Numbered from the stretch's first letter, positions 29,513 through 39,700 are shown. The stretch: 64,000 nucleotides of DNA from an uncultured Verrucomicrobiae bacterium (GCA_963837955.1 CAWIPH010000002.1:1760001-1824000), one strand, 5' to 3'. A program made the numbers and translations. The notes: a model not told the origin generated them from the letters alone.

Positions 29513-29649
29513 CGACCTGAAAGGGCGCCAGAATAGATACCTCCATTGGATTTCGGGCTGCGGCATCGGATCCTACTGCTCTTTCAGGGCATACCGCGTT
29601 AATACGAAACCCGGGGTTAAAACCCGGTTAAAACCCCGGGCTGAGTCCT

Positions 29650-30154
29650 TGTGTGTTTCGAGTCTGGGTAACACATTTGTGTCACTATTGAGGTGACACT
29701 TTGTGTCATAATTTGGGTGACACTTGTGAGCAGAGAGAGCGCACTTTGGTGGGCAGGCGGAAATTCCCAAGAACAACGCTTAGACTGCTTTGTGCGGTGC
29801 TCAGGATGGAGCGTGCAACGTTTTGCGGTTCATTGGAGGGAGCGAGGAACGAGCGAACGAAGATCGAACGCAAAATGTGGTTAACTCCTGGCGCGAAGCG
29901 GCTCCAGATCAAGCTCGAAACGGAATAAATGGAGGGGACCTGCCGCAGGCAGGGAGGAGGCCGTTTATGCCGGATTTGAGCTTGATCTGGAGTGGCGCCG
30001 CGCCCGCCAGTGATAGCGTACCAAGAGCCTCCAAGCCCAGAAGCAGAACTCCAGGCTCTGTTACCTTTTCTCTGACACACCCCGAGGCTTTTTTACCTTC
30101 CAAGTGTCACCCAATTAGTGACACAAAAGTGTCACCCAAATATGAAACCGGACC
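29650..30154. mobile_element. Non-autonomous IS-derived element (MITE, IS481-like ends) inserted into a REP
   Basis: ~50-bp imperfect terminal inverted repeats built from repeated GTGTCAC/GTGACAC motifs. The left end begins TGT, TCCT flanks both sides, and there is no transposase. Confidence 0.65.
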
Positions 30155-30220
30155 TCCTCTTCCCCCTTCGGGGGACTGGTCAAGGGCTTCCTTATGTTGC
30201 CGGCGCCCCGATCTACCCCA

Positions 30221-30236
30221 TGGCACGCGCAATGCT
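30221..30236 (+). promoter_or_regulatory. Putative sigma54 (-24/-12) promoter
   Basis: TGGCACGCGCAATGCT has GG-N10-GC spacing, 25 bp upstream of the ATG at 30262. Confidence 0.6.
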
Positions 30237-30261
30237 CTCCTCACAAGGTCACTTATCAGCA

Positions 30262-30828
30262 ATGATTTTTGATTCCTACCATCGCTTCGCGCCGCAAGAT
30301 TTTATCTTCAAGATCGCCCGTTCTCGCGCGGAGCTCGACGGTTACTGGGCGCTGCGCCGCCAGATTTTTTGCACGGAGCAGGGGATCTTTCATCAAACGG
30401 ATACGGATGCGATCGATGAAGGTGCAATTCCGATCGTCTGTGAATCACTGATTGCAGGCATAGAGGATTCGGTGGTGGGAGTGGTGCGCATTGATGAGCG
30501 TGAACCGGGGGTTTGGTACGGCAGCAGGTTGGGTGTGGCCGTCGATTTTCGTAGCATCAAGAAATTGAGCCCCGGTGTATCGGTACGAAACCGTCAACCA
30601 ATCTACCGCGGTCTCGGTGCGCTTGGTGCGGGACTCATTTATAAGGCCGTCTCTACGGCTCATGCGCTGGGATGCCGCGAGTTTCTCGCGACCGTCCAGT
30701 GCCAGAACGCTCGTTTCTTTCAGCGTCTCCATTGGGAGCCGCTCGGGGAGCTCGAACTGTTCGGTCTCACCCACGTTAAGATGCGCGCGGACCTGAATTA
30801 TTATCGGCCCGCGACTTTTGTTTTCTAG
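30262..30828 (+). CDS. nitE: Nit1C-cluster N-acetyltransferase (MSMEG_0567/Sll0786 family)
   Basis: LRRQIFCTEQGIF..D.D..D, VVGVVRI, WYGSRLGV, AHALGCREFLATVQ.QN and HVKMRADL. Confidence 0.85.
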   Translation: MIFDSYHRFAPQDFIFKIARSRAELDGYWALRRQIFCTEQGIFHQTDTDAIDEGAIPIVCESLIAGIEDSVVGVVRIDEREPGVWYGSRLGVAVDFRSIKKLSPGVSVRNRQPIYRGLGALGAGLIYKAVSTAHALGCREFLATVQCQNARFFQRLHWEPLGELELFGLTHVKMRADLNYYRPATFVF

Positions 30829-30833
30829 CGAGC

Positions 30834-31775
30834 ATGGACGACGAGCATGCGACGCTAACGCGTCTGCTTTCGGTTCTCGAGACAAACCCAGCGGTAGCGG
30901 CCAAAGCAACAATCCAAGGAAGCTATGCGCCGGCACGGGCCCTAGCCGGTGATGTTCGGATCGGAGACGATTGCGCCGCGATCCCCGATGGCGAAAGCTT
31001 TCTTCTTTTCGCCGCGGAAGGCATGTTAGAATCGTTCGTATCGGATGATCCTTGGTTTGCCGGTTACTCGGCAGTGATGGTGAATCTAAGTGACATCGCG
31101 GCGATGGGTGGGCGCTACCTCGCGGTGGTTGACGTGATATGGACTCCGGACCTCGACTACTCCTCGGCGATTTGGGCCGGTATGACCGCAGCCTCTCAGG
31201 CCTACGCAGTGCCGATCGTCGGAGGACATACTACGGTCACAGGAATCGGTGGTGCCTTTTTGGCGGCAGCGGTGCTTGGGAGAGCGCAAAAGCTCATCAC
31301 CAGTTTCGACGCCGTTCCTAATGATGACCTGCTTATGGCCGTAGACCTGCGGGGAAGCTATCGCGGAAGCAAACCGTTCTGGAATGCGAGTCTTGGCGCT
31401 CCAGTGCAACGACTTCGGGACGATTTACAACTGCTACCATCGCTGGCTGAGCGGGGTTGGTGCCGGGCAGGCAAGGATATCAGCAACGGTGGCGTCGTGG
31501 GCACTTTGGGCATGTTGCTCGAATGCTCACGGGTTGGCGCCGAGCTTTGGCTTGACCAACTTCCGCGTCCCAACGGAGCAGATCTTGGTCGCTGGCTCGT
31601 TTCGTTTCCGAGCTTTGGTTACATACTCAGCGTCTCACCGGGCCATACGGCGCGGGTAATTGCGCTGTTCAATGAGCGCGGGATTGATTGCGCGCCGGTT
31701 GGACGTATCACCGAGACGCCATCCTTGGTCCTTTCCTACGGTTCAGCCCGCCAGAGTTTTCGGCCAAAGATCTAG
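30834..31775 (+). CDS. nitF: AIR-synthase-like protein (Sll0787 family)
   Basis: IGDDCAAIPDG, DPWFAGY..VMVNLSDIAAMGG, GGHT and KDISNGG. Confidence 0.87.
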   Translation: MDDEHATLTRLLSVLETNPAVAAKATIQGSYAPARALAGDVRIGDDCAAIPDGESFLLFAAEGMLESFVSDDPWFAGYSAVMVNLSDIAAMGGRYLAVVDVIWTPDLDYSSAIWAGMTAASQAYAVPIVGGHTTVTGIGGAFLAAAVLGRAQKLITSFDAVPNDDLLMAVDLRGSYRGSKPFWNASLGAPVQRLRDDLQLLPSLAERGWCRAGKDISNGGVVGTLGMLLECSRVGAELWLDQLPRPNGADLGRWLVSFPSFGYILSVSPGHTARVIALFNERGIDCAPVGRITETPSLVLSYGSARQSFRPKI

Positions 31776-32808
31776 CCTTTGGCGGCAGGGTGATGCCGTC
31801 GTGCCAAACCCCTTTAATCAGCACTTCCTTCGGGCAAAAGCTCGTGCCGGTGAGGTTGGCGTTGAGTTTCTCTACCACCAAATCGAGTGCCGCTGCACCA
31901 ACCGCGGATAGATTCCCATCGATGCCTGCTGCCGCGCCCATTTCGTCGGATGTACGGTAAAGGTACGCGACCCCGACATCGCCCGGAACAGCGAGTCCGC
32001 GTTTTTCCAGAAAGCGTCGCACCGGGACTTTGTAGACGAGCAGCGAATCAGGCTGATTGATTGAGAGCCAGGCGTAGAACTCCCCCGCACAGTCTGCATC
32101 GGCCGGGATGAACGGTTCGCAACGATCGCGTTTGGGCAATCGCAACTGCCAATCGAGAAAGGCGCCGGACCAGAGATTGTTTGAGATCTGGTTGTTGAGC
32201 TCCGGTACGACCAGGCCGGGGCGTCGATAACCTAGCCGCCGCATTTGATCCAGTGCGAGCTGAACGTTGTAGAAACCGTGGAAATTGGCGCGATCGACCG
32301 GGCTGGAACGGAAGTAAGCGCTCAGGCCGGCCACGGCGAAACCGTCGGTGTGAAATGGCAGGTGCTCGTTTTCCTCGCGCGAAAATCCCAGCAACACGCC
32401 GCGAATCCCGCGCGCGCGAAGCGTTGACGCAAGCCGAGCGGGATCGCTGCGGTACTCGCCAAAGGGAAAAATTTCCACTCGAAACCCCAAAGCTGTGGCC
32501 CGCGCGACGATCCCTTCAAACTCCCATCTGCAGACATCTTTCGAGCGCCAGCTCTCACGACCTCCGTAGTTGGTCACCAGTGCGATAACGTCTACCTCGC
32601 CGGCGCCCCCTCGACGGCGGCGGTTCGCCATTAATGCGCTGACTAATGGATTTGGTCTGTAGCCTACTTTCTCGGCAATCTCTTCCACCCGCCTCCGGGT
32701 CTCGGCTCCAATTCGGGGGTCGCCCCGCAAGGCACGTGAAATAGTTGAGGATGCAACGCCCAGCTGCTGGGCGATTTCCGCCATCCGGGTTGTCCGAATT
32801 TGGTGCAC
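31708..32808 (-). CDS. LacI-family transcriptional regulator (verrucomicrobial type)
   Basis: MAEIAQQLGVASSTISRALR..GYRPNPLVSALM, ARGIRG and LGYRRPGL. Start is GTG 32808 or ATG 32784. Confidence 0.88.
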   Translation of the reverse strand: MHQIRTTRMAEIAQQLGVASSTISRALRGDPRIGAETRRRVEEIAEKVGYRPNPLVSALMANRRRRGGAGEVDVIALVTNYGGRESWRSKDVCRWEFEGIVARATALGFRVEIFPFGEYRSDPARLASTLRARGIRGVLLGFSREENEHLPFHTDGFAVAGLSAYFRSSPVDRANFHGFYNVQLALDQMRRLGYRRPGLVVPELNNQISNNLWSGAFLDWQLRLPKRDRCEPFIPADADCAGEFYAWLSINQPDSLLVYKVPVRRFLEKRGLAVPGDVGVAYLYRTSDEMGAAAGIDGNLSAVGAAALDLVVEKLNANLTGTSFCPKEVLIKGVWHDGITLPPKARSLAENSGGLNRRKGPRMASR

Positions 32809-32902
32809 GAGAATGCTTTTGACCAGCGGGCTTGGAACAAACCGCTGCCGGAATGTCCTGTCGTTAGGCCATGCAACAATGTGCGCAGAAAGCGTGCCGC
32901 AG

Positions 32903-32922
32903 TTGCGCAACGATATGCGCAA
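32903..32922. promoter_or_regulatory. Palindromic candidate operator between the LacI gene and nitB
   Basis: TTGCGCA-ACGATA-TGCGCAA inverted repeat in the divergent intergenic region. Confidence 0.5.
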
Positions 32923-33031
32923 GAAATCAGGGCCGCGAAGCTGGCAACGGTTCGCCCGATGCTAAGGACAAGCGCTCATAGCCGGAGCCCGGTGCTCCAT
33001 CCAACCCCAAACGCCAAAACCAGAGCAACCT

Positions 33032-33514
33032 ATGCCAACCGTCGAAAGAAAATTGAATCAAAAGGGCGATTTCCTCGTGGATTACGAGGAGAAGGTCTTT
33101 CCTGACATCAAAGCTGATCCGGGCGAAAAAGCGCTCGTTACCTTTCATACCATCGCTTTTGAAGGCTCCATCTCTATTGTTAATACGCTGACTGCCACCC
33201 GGCTGCAGCGAAAGGGATACGAAACATCGATCCTGCTTTATGGGCCTGGCGTTACGATGGGCTTCCAACGCGGCTTTCCGACTCTGGGAGATGAGGCTTT
33301 TCCCGGTCATCTTTTTGTGAATCAGCGCCTGGAGAAATTCATGGAAGAAGGCGGGAAAGTTTACGGGTGCCGATTTTCCACGCAGGCGCTATACGGCCAG
33401 ACCGAGAAAGCCTTTATTCCTGGCATTCGTCCAATCGCTCCAACCGATGTTTTGGACATCATCCTAATGCACAAGAAGGCGGGCGCCGTGATAATCGATT
33501 CCTGGACCGTTTAG
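33032..33514 (+). CDS. nitB: MSMEG_0572/Sll0783 family DsrE-like protein
   Basis: [36 protein letters not shown] and [14 protein letters not shown]. Confidence 0.9.
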   Translation: MPTVERKLNQKGDFLVDYEEKVFPDIKADPGEKALVTFHTIAFEGSISIVNTLTATRLQRKGYETSILLYGPGVTMGFQRGFPTLGDEAFPGHLFVNQRLEKFMEEGGKVYGCRFSTQALYGQTEKAFIPGIRPIAPTDVLDIILMHKKAGAVIIDSWTV

Positions 33515-33518
33515 ACCT

Positions 33519-34550
33519 ATGAAGCGGATCAAGGCAGCAGCAGTCCAGATTGCTCCTGATCTTTCGAGCGGCGGTGGCACAGTCGATCGCGTGTGCGACG
33601 CGATTCGACGCGCAGCCGCGCAAGGGGTAGAGCTTGCCGTTTTTCCGGAGACGTTCGTTCCTTATTACCCTTATTTTTCGTTTGTCTTGCCGCCGGTTGC
33701 CGCCGGCAAAGAACACCTCCGTCTCTACGAAAACGCGGTCGAAGTGCCCGGTCCAGTCACGCAGCAGTTTGGTGAAATGGCGAAGCAGTTCCAGATGGTG
33801 CTTGTCATCGGCGTGAACGAACGAGATGGCGGCAGCCTTTACAACACCCAACTTGTCTTTGATGCAGATGGCTCGCTCGTTTTGAAGCGCCGCAAGATTA
33901 CACCAAGTTACCATGAACGAATGATCTGGGGTCAGGGCGACGGGAGCGGCTTTCAAACCGTGAAAACCGCTGTCGGACGTTTGGGAGCGCTGGCCTGTTG
34001 GGAGCACTATAATCCACTCGCTCGCTTCGCGCTCATGGAAGGGCGCGAAGAATTGCACTGCGCGCAGTTTCCGGGATCGATGGTCGGTCAGATCTTTGCG
34101 GACCAAATCGAAGTCACGATCCGCCACCACGCTTTAGAGGCTGGCTGTTTCGTTATCAACTCGACTGGCTGGCTCACCGAGGACCAAATCGAATCTATAA
34201 CCCCGGACGCGAAGTTGCAGCGCTCTTTGCGGGGCGGTTGTTACACGGCGATCATTTCACCGGAGGGCGTCCCGCTCTGCGAGCCGATTACGGAAGGCGT
34301 AGGCATGGCCATTGCCGAACTCGATCCTTCTTTGGTTACCAAGCGGAAGCGGATGCTCGATTCTGTCGGTCACTATTCGCGGCCCGACATATTCTCACTG
34401 ATCATCGATCGAGAGGCGCGCGTGCAGGTGCGACCGAAGGGAGGCTCCAGCCCTGAGGAAGAGGCGAATGATAACCCCGAAAAATGCTATGACGACGATG
34501 GTCGATTTCCAAACAGCCCTTCTCACCAAGAAGCAGTTTCTGCTCTCTGA
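33519..34550 (+). CDS. nitC: Nit6803-family nitrilase
   Basis: Catalytic E ([11 protein letters not shown]), K ([14 protein letters not shown]) and C ([10 protein letters not shown]); ends with DSVGHYSRP. Confidence 0.95.
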   Translation: MKRIKAAAVQIAPDLSSGGGTVDRVCDAIRRAAAQGVELAVFPETFVPYYPYFSFVLPPVAAGKEHLRLYENAVEVPGPVTQQFGEMAKQFQMVLVIGVNERDGGSLYNTQLVFDADGSLVLKRRKITPSYHERMIWGQGDGSGFQTVKTAVGRLGALACWEHYNPLARFALMEGREELHCAQFPGSMVGQIFADQIEVTIRHHALEAGCFVINSTGWLTEDQIESITPDAKLQRSLRGGCYTAIISPEGVPLCEPITEGVGMAIAELDPSLVTKRKRMLDSVGHYSRPDIFSLIIDREARVQVRPKGGSSPEEEANDNPEKCYDDDGRFPNSPSHQEAVSAL

Positions 34551-35616
34551 ACTCCAGACACGCGGACTGCGGTTACTCGATCCAAGAGCCGGCGCTTCCA
34601 GTCGAGTCGGGGGTGCTGGTCCGACCGATCATAAGGCGGTGACCGTACTCGGCACTACGATCATGGTGCCCGTGCATACCCGTGGCGCAACGCGGTCGTC
34701 TTACTTAGCCACGCCACCGGATAGCCGTGGAGTATCGGTCTTGCGCGAGAGCGATCGCGATGTGTGCGAGATATCGTTTCCAGCGCAACCGAAATTTTAC
34801 GCGCTCAGCACAAAAGACGGCATCCCGTACTGGAAAATCGCGCAACTTCATTCGCGCGACACGCTCGCCACAACCGTGCTGCAAACCTGCATTCGCTACG
34901 GAAATAGCGCGACCAAATGCCAGTTCTGCGCTATCGGCGAATCACTCAAAGCCGAACGAACAATTGCAAAAAAGACGCCGGAACAGCTGGCCGAAGTAGC
35001 TCTTGCAGCGCAGCGACTGGACGGGATTCGCAACGTCGTGATGACCACCGGGACGCCACCGAGCGATGATCGGGGCGCACGCGTACTGGCGGAGAGCGCA
35101 TCGGCGATCAAGTCTGCCACCGGCCTGCCGATCCAGGGACAATGCGAACCGCCAGCTGATTTCGTCTGGTTTCATCGCTTGCGGGAAGCCGGCGTCGACT
35201 CGCTGGGTATGCATCTCGAAGCATGGGATGAGCGGGTGCGCCGGCGTATTATGCCTGGCAAGGCCGAAGTCCCAGTCGCGTTTTACCTGCGAGCTTTTGC
35301 TGCCGCCGTAGAGGTTTTCGGACGAGGACAGGTCAGCACCTATCTGCTTGCCGGGCTTGGTGACACCTCGGAGGGTTTACTCGAAGCTTCGCGCCAGCTC
35401 ATTGCCTTGGGCGTTTATCCATTTGTGGTGCCGTTTGTCCCGGTTGGCGGCACACCGCTCGCGGATCAGGATCCGCCATCAGCCGGATTTATGCGCTCAG
35501 TCCTGCAGCCAATTGGCAAGTTGCTTACCGAAGCCGGTATGACTTCGGATATGGCAAAAGCTGGCTGCACGAAATGCGCTGCTTGCTCGACCCTCGCCAG
35601 CTTCGAAAAGTGTTGA
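34468..35616 (+). CDS. nitD: MSMEG_0568-family radical SAM protein
   Basis: [15 protein letters not shown].....CQFCAIG and C-terminal AGCTKCAAC. The start may be at 34489 or 34498. Confidence 0.9.
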   Translation: MITPKNAMTTMVDFQTALLTKKQFLLSELQTRGLRLLDPRAGASSRVGGAGPTDHKAVTVLGTTIMVPVHTRGATRSSYLATPPDSRGVSVLRESDRDVCEISFPAQPKFYALSTKDGIPYWKIAQLHSRDTLATTVLQTCIRYGNSATKCQFCAIGESLKAERTIAKKTPEQLAEVALAAQRLDGIRNVVMTTGTPPSDDRGARVLAESASAIKSATGLPIQGQCEPPADFVWFHRLREAGVDSLGMHLEAWDERVRRRIMPGKAEVPVAFYLRAFAAAVEVFGRGQVSTYLLAGLGDTSEGLLEASRQLIALGVYPFVVPFVPVGGTPLADQDPPSAGFMRSVLQPIGKLLTEAGMTSDMAKAGCTKCAACSTLASFEKC

Positions 35617-35645
35617 CCACGTGACGCTAAACTAGCGCGACAGCC

Positions 35646-35921
35646 ATGCCCGCGATCCTCTTCACCATTCAGCTTCCGGACGGCGCGATTAAAGAGTGCT
35701 ACTCGCCCTCCACTGTCGTGCGTCGCTATTTTGTGGAGGGCGAAGAAATGTCGGTCAGTGAGTTTCTCATTCGCAGCCGCCAAGCCCTGGCCGAAGCGTC
35801 GGAGCGGGTGCGCGCCAAGTTCGGCTTCTCCTGCAGCTCGGCGTCTGAACAGCTCGCTGAGATCGAGCAATGGACCAATTCGCAACCCGAGGACTCGATC
35901 GTACGGATTGTCACCATTTGA
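35646..35921 (+). CDS. nitG: MSMEG_0570-family small protein
   Basis: PDG....CYSPS.VV..YF and ASERVRAKFGFSCS.A. Confidence 0.88.
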   Translation: MPAILFTIQLPDGAIKECYSPSTVVRRYFVEGEEMSVSEFLIRSRQALAEASERVRAKFGFSCSSASEQLAEIEQWTNSQPEDSIVRIVTI

Positions 35922-35924
35922 CCG

Positions 35925-37298
35925 GTGAGCGCCCAGACGCTGCCAACTTCAAACGACTCGAAGACCAGCAACAATATGCATGATCAATCAGTCACGAACG
36001 GGACGCACAACCAGCAAACCAGGATGCATTACCCCGTCATAATCGTTGGCGGCGGGCAGGCTGGCCTCTCGATCAGCTACTGCCTGAAAGAACGGGGCAT
36101 CGACCACGCCATCTTTGAAAAACACCGTCTCGGGGAATCCTGGCGTTCGCAGCGTTGGGATTCGTTTTGCTTAGTGACGCCCAATTGGCAGTGCAAACTC
36201 CCGGGCTTCGATTATCTGGGGAAAGATCCCCACGGTTTCATGAGCCGGGAGCAAATCGTGCAATACCTGGAAGCGTACGCACGTTCATTTGATCCGCCCT
36301 TGAAAGAAGGTGTGACCGTGTCACGCCTGCGCAAGCACGAATCTGGCGTTTTCGAATTAAGCACGAACATCGGGGATTACCTCGCCGATCAGGTGGTTAT
36401 TGCCACCGGTGGATACCACATCGCCACCGTCCCCCGGCTGGCGGAACGTTTTCCGGCGGGCATGGAGCAATTACATTCCTCGAGCTACAAGAACCCCGAC
36501 TCGCTGCCTTCCGGAGATGTGCTCGTCGTTGGGTCCGGACAATCCGGATGTCAGATCGCAGAGGACCTCCATCTCGCTGGCCGTAGGGTGCATTTATGCG
36601 TGGGAGGTGCACCCCGGACAGCGCGGCGCTACCGCGGCAAGGACGTTGTCGATTGGCTGCATGAAATGGGCTACTACAACATGCCTGTTCACGAGCATCC
36701 GTTGAAGGAGCGCGTCCGGGCAAAGGCGAACCACTATGTAACGGGACGCGACGGCGGACGCGACATCGACCTGCGAAAATTTGCTCTGGAGGGTATGCGA
36801 CTCTACGGGCGTTTAAAAGCTGTGAACGATCGCTTCTTAAGGTTCGCTGATGATCTGAAGCAGAATCTTGATCAAGCGGATGCCGTTGCCGAAAGCATCA
36901 AGACGACGATCGACAAGTACATCGAAGCGAATCAGATCAATGCGCCGACCGAGAAGCGCTACCAGCCGGTCTGGGAACCGGATAACCGATGTCTTGAACT
37001 GGATTACATCGAGGCGAACATCAGAGCGATCATCTGGTGTATGGGCTTCCGGACAGACTACAACTGGATTGAAATACCGATCTTCGACGGAAAGGGATAT
37101 CCCAGCCACCAGCGTGGCGTTACTACGGTTGCGGGCATTTATTTTGTTGGACTGCCATGGCAGTACACTTGGGGTTCCGGTCGTTTTTCTGGAGTGGCTC
37201 AGGATGCCAGATTCTTGGCGGACTGTCTTGAGGCGCGGCACGGTGCGTCACAGAAGGATGTCGCACCCGTACTCAACGAGCTTGCTCTTGGCTCCTAG
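35925..37298 (+). CDS. nitH: MSMEG_0569-family flavin-dependent oxidoreductase
   Basis: GGGQAGLS, RWDSFCLVTPNWQC, GSGQSGCQIAEDL and TWGSGRFSGV. The start may be ATG at 35976 or 36024. Confidence 0.9.
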   Translation: MSAQTLPTSNDSKTSNNMHDQSVTNGTHNQQTRMHYPVIIVGGGQAGLSISYCLKERGIDHAIFEKHRLGESWRSQRWDSFCLVTPNWQCKLPGFDYLGKDPHGFMSREQIVQYLEAYARSFDPPLKEGVTVSRLRKHESGVFELSTNIGDYLADQVVIATGGYHIATVPRLAERFPAGMEQLHSSSYKNPDSLPSGDVLVVGSGQSGCQIAEDLHLAGRRVHLCVGGAPRTARRYRGKDVVDWLHEMGYYNMPVHEHPLKERVRAKANHYVTGRDGGRDIDLRKFALEGMRLYGRLKAVNDRFLRFADDLKQNLDQADAVAESIKTTIDKYIEANQINAPTEKRYQPVWEPDNRCLELDYIEANIRAIIWCMGFRTDYNWIEIPIFDGKGYPSHQRGVTTVAGIYFVGLPWQYTWGSGRFSGVAQDARFLADCLEARHGASQKDVAPVLNELALGS

Positions 37299-37371
37299 CC
37301 TCGCCTTCTGAGTTACGACTCCTAGATTTTGGCATAATCCCGGGGTTGAAACCGGGTTGAAACCCCCGGGT

Positions 37372-37545
37372 GGGGAGGGATCGCAGCCTGTCCGACATAG
37401 CTTTTGATGCATCGCGCTTAACGACCGCGCGCTTCTGCGACGTCGGATCCTCGCGATCCACGGCATACGAGGATCCGACGTCGCGCTCAAACATTCTGCA
37501 TCAGGCATCCAAAAGGCTATGTCGGACAGGCTGTGCGCCATCCCC
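37372..37545. repeat. Composite palindrome, second copy of 16854-17028
   Basis: Direct sequence similarity; preceded by a CCCGGGGTTGAAACC REP fragment like the one at about 29610. Confidence 0.85.
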
Positions 37546-37752
37546 GCCCGGCCTTTCCATAACTTGGACAGCGCTCGATGAGGAGTTAGAAGCGTTGTTT
37601 ATCCACACCTATAAGGTTCTAAGCAATGGGTGCCTAGAACCTTATAGATTTAGACCGATTTCGTTTTTTAGACTGGCACTTTCTCTCCCAGTGCACTAAT
37701 CCGGATTCTCTTATTACTGGTTATCGCTCCGGACCATAAGTACTCTTTCCGT

Positions 37753-38832
37753 ATGGCTATCCGTCTAAAGGATGTAGCGCAGCATCTTCGCCTATCGGTT
37801 TCGACGGTTAGCGCCGCACTGCAACACCGAGAGGATATTAGCGAGGCTATCCGCCTTCGCGTGATCGAAGCGGTAGAGCAACTGGGATATCATCCCAACT
37901 CGCTCGCTCGCGGTTTGATCACCCGAAAGACCTATGTTCTCGGTGTTATAGTCCCGGATCTATCGCGCTCTTTTTTTGCAGAAGTCCTCAAGGGTATCGA
38001 CTCAATCACCAGCCCCGCGGGTTATAATTTGTTGGTGTGTAACACCGAAGAAAATGCGAAGCGCGAGGAAGATATGTTGAAGATGCTACTATCAAACCAG
38101 GTGGATGGCGTCCTGATGGCTTCAGCTCATCCTCCCAATGATTCCGTCTGGCAATCGCGACTTGCCCAGCTAACTATACCATTGGTGTTAATCGACCGCC
38201 GGCTGCCGTCGATGACTTTCGTAGGTGTTGACGATGAGGCTATCGGTTTCGAAGCGACCCAGCACCTGTTCGGGCAAGGCTATCGTCGGATCGCTCATAT
38301 CGCCGGCCCCAAAACTATCAGTACCGCGGTCGGCCGACTAAAAGGATATCTCAGAGCATTAAAATCGGCCGGATTGAAAGTTAAGGAAGACTTCGTAATT
38401 GAATCAAACTACCACGAGGAATCGGGCGGATACAACGCGATGCATCAACTTCTGCGGCTTGTGCCTCGACCTGATGCCGTGTTTGCGGCCAGCGATCCAA
38501 TCGCTATTGGTGCTCTCCAGGCTGCTCTTGAAGCTGGCTTGCGGCTTCCCCGAGACATCGGACTGATCGGTGTGGGGAATCATCGCTATGGACCTTATTT
38601 GAGAGTTCCGCTGAGCACGGTCGATCAGCAACGAACCAAAATCGGTCATTCTGCGGCAAATCTGATTCTCGAACTCATGGACGAAGAGCGCTTCCGAGCA
38701 AGATCGATACTCGTGGAACCAAAACTTGTCATCCGGGATTCCTCAAGTCGCGGCGGGCGCTCCCGTGCTGGTATGGCAGCTCGCTCCGCCAGAGCGGCCT
38801 CGAGAGAAATTCACGCAGTCCGAAAGGCGTGA
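37753..38832 (+). CDS. LacI-family transcriptional regulator
   Basis: IRLKDVAQHLRLSVSTVS..YHPNSLARGL, VDGV, PDAVFAASD and LVIRDSS. Confidence 0.92.
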   Translation: MAIRLKDVAQHLRLSVSTVSAALQHREDISEAIRLRVIEAVEQLGYHPNSLARGLITRKTYVLGVIVPDLSRSFFAEVLKGIDSITSPAGYNLLVCNTEENAKREEDMLKMLLSNQVDGVLMASAHPPNDSVWQSRLAQLTIPLVLIDRRLPSMTFVGVDDEAIGFEATQHLFGQGYRRIAHIAGPKTISTAVGRLKGYLRALKSAGLKVKEDFVIESNYHEESGGYNAMHQLLRLVPRPDAVFAASDPIAIGALQAALEAGLRLPRDIGLIGVGNHRYGPYLRVPLSTVDQQRTKIGHSAANLILELMDEERFRARSILVEPKLVIRDSSSRGGRSRAGMAARSARAASREIHAVRKA

Positions 38833-38989
38833 ATTTGGAATCTGCAAAGCTTCGACGTCACCGTTTGTCGGCGTAAATATAATCCGGTCAGGATCCCCGG
38901 CTCGGCGCTCGCTGCGTTCGCAAGCTGTGGGTTCATCTCCCGGCCGCTACATCATTGTACTTCCGGCGCCTTTCTCCAATACTGTCAGG

Positions 38990-39700
38990 ATGATCCTTCC
39001 AGAAAATTCCCGTCGTCAATTCTTTCGCAAAGGACTCGCCTGGGCCGGAGCGAGCATCGCTGGTGGTGGGTTCGTGTCGAACATCTGGGCTCATGGACCA
39101 GCTCCGACTGACCCGAAAAGCCCGGATGAAGCCCTCGCCGAGCTCGTGGCCGGCAATCAACGATATGTGAGTGGTCGGAATCTCCATCACGACTACGGTC
39201 CGGAAAGAGCTGCCCTTGTGTTAAGTCAGCATCCTTTTGCGATCATTCTCGGATGCGCAGACTCGAGGGTTTCACCGGAACTCGCTTTCGATCAAAGCCG
39301 CGGGCGGCTCTTCGTGGTGCGACTCGCCGGTAATTTTGTCGATGAGAATGGACTCGCAAGCATTGAATACGGGGCCAGCGTGTTGGGTGCGTCGCTTCTG
39401 TTGGTGCTTGGTCATACGGAGTGCGGTGCACTAAAGGCTGCTGTTGATGTTGTTACCAAAGGAACTCGCTTGCCAGGCCATTTACCCAAGCTGATCGGGC
39501 ATCTGACTCCATCCGTGGAGAAGGTGAAGAATAATGGGGGATCACTAGTGAATAACGCGATTCGCGAGAACGTGGCGCTAAACGTCGATGCCTTACGGAA
39601 TTCGAAACCGATCCTCGCCGATCTCGCGCAGCAGAGGAAGTTGAAGGTGGTCGGAGGGTTGTACGACCTAGCCAGTGGGAAGGTAGAGATGCTTGGGTGA
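38990..39700 (+). CDS. Beta-class carbonic anhydrase with Tat signal
   Basis: SRRQFF Tat motif, GNQRY, GCADSRV, RLAGN, LGHTECGA and YDLASG. Confidence 0.92.
   Translation: MILPENSRRQFFRKGLAWAGASIAGGGFVSNIWAHGPAPTDPKSPDEALAELVAGNQRYVSGRNLHHDYGPERAALVLSQHPFAIILGCADSRVSPELAFDQSRGRLFVVRLAGNFVDENGLASIEYGASVLGASLLLVLGHTECGALKAAVDVVTKGTRLPGHLPKLIGHLTPSVEKVKNNGGSLVNNAIRENVALNVDALRNSKPILADLAQQRKLKVVGGLYDLASGKVEMLG

Noticed and set aside
29573..30272. Several short ORFs as a possible transposase
   Set aside because: No DDE, HUH or HTH motifs are recognisable in any frame.
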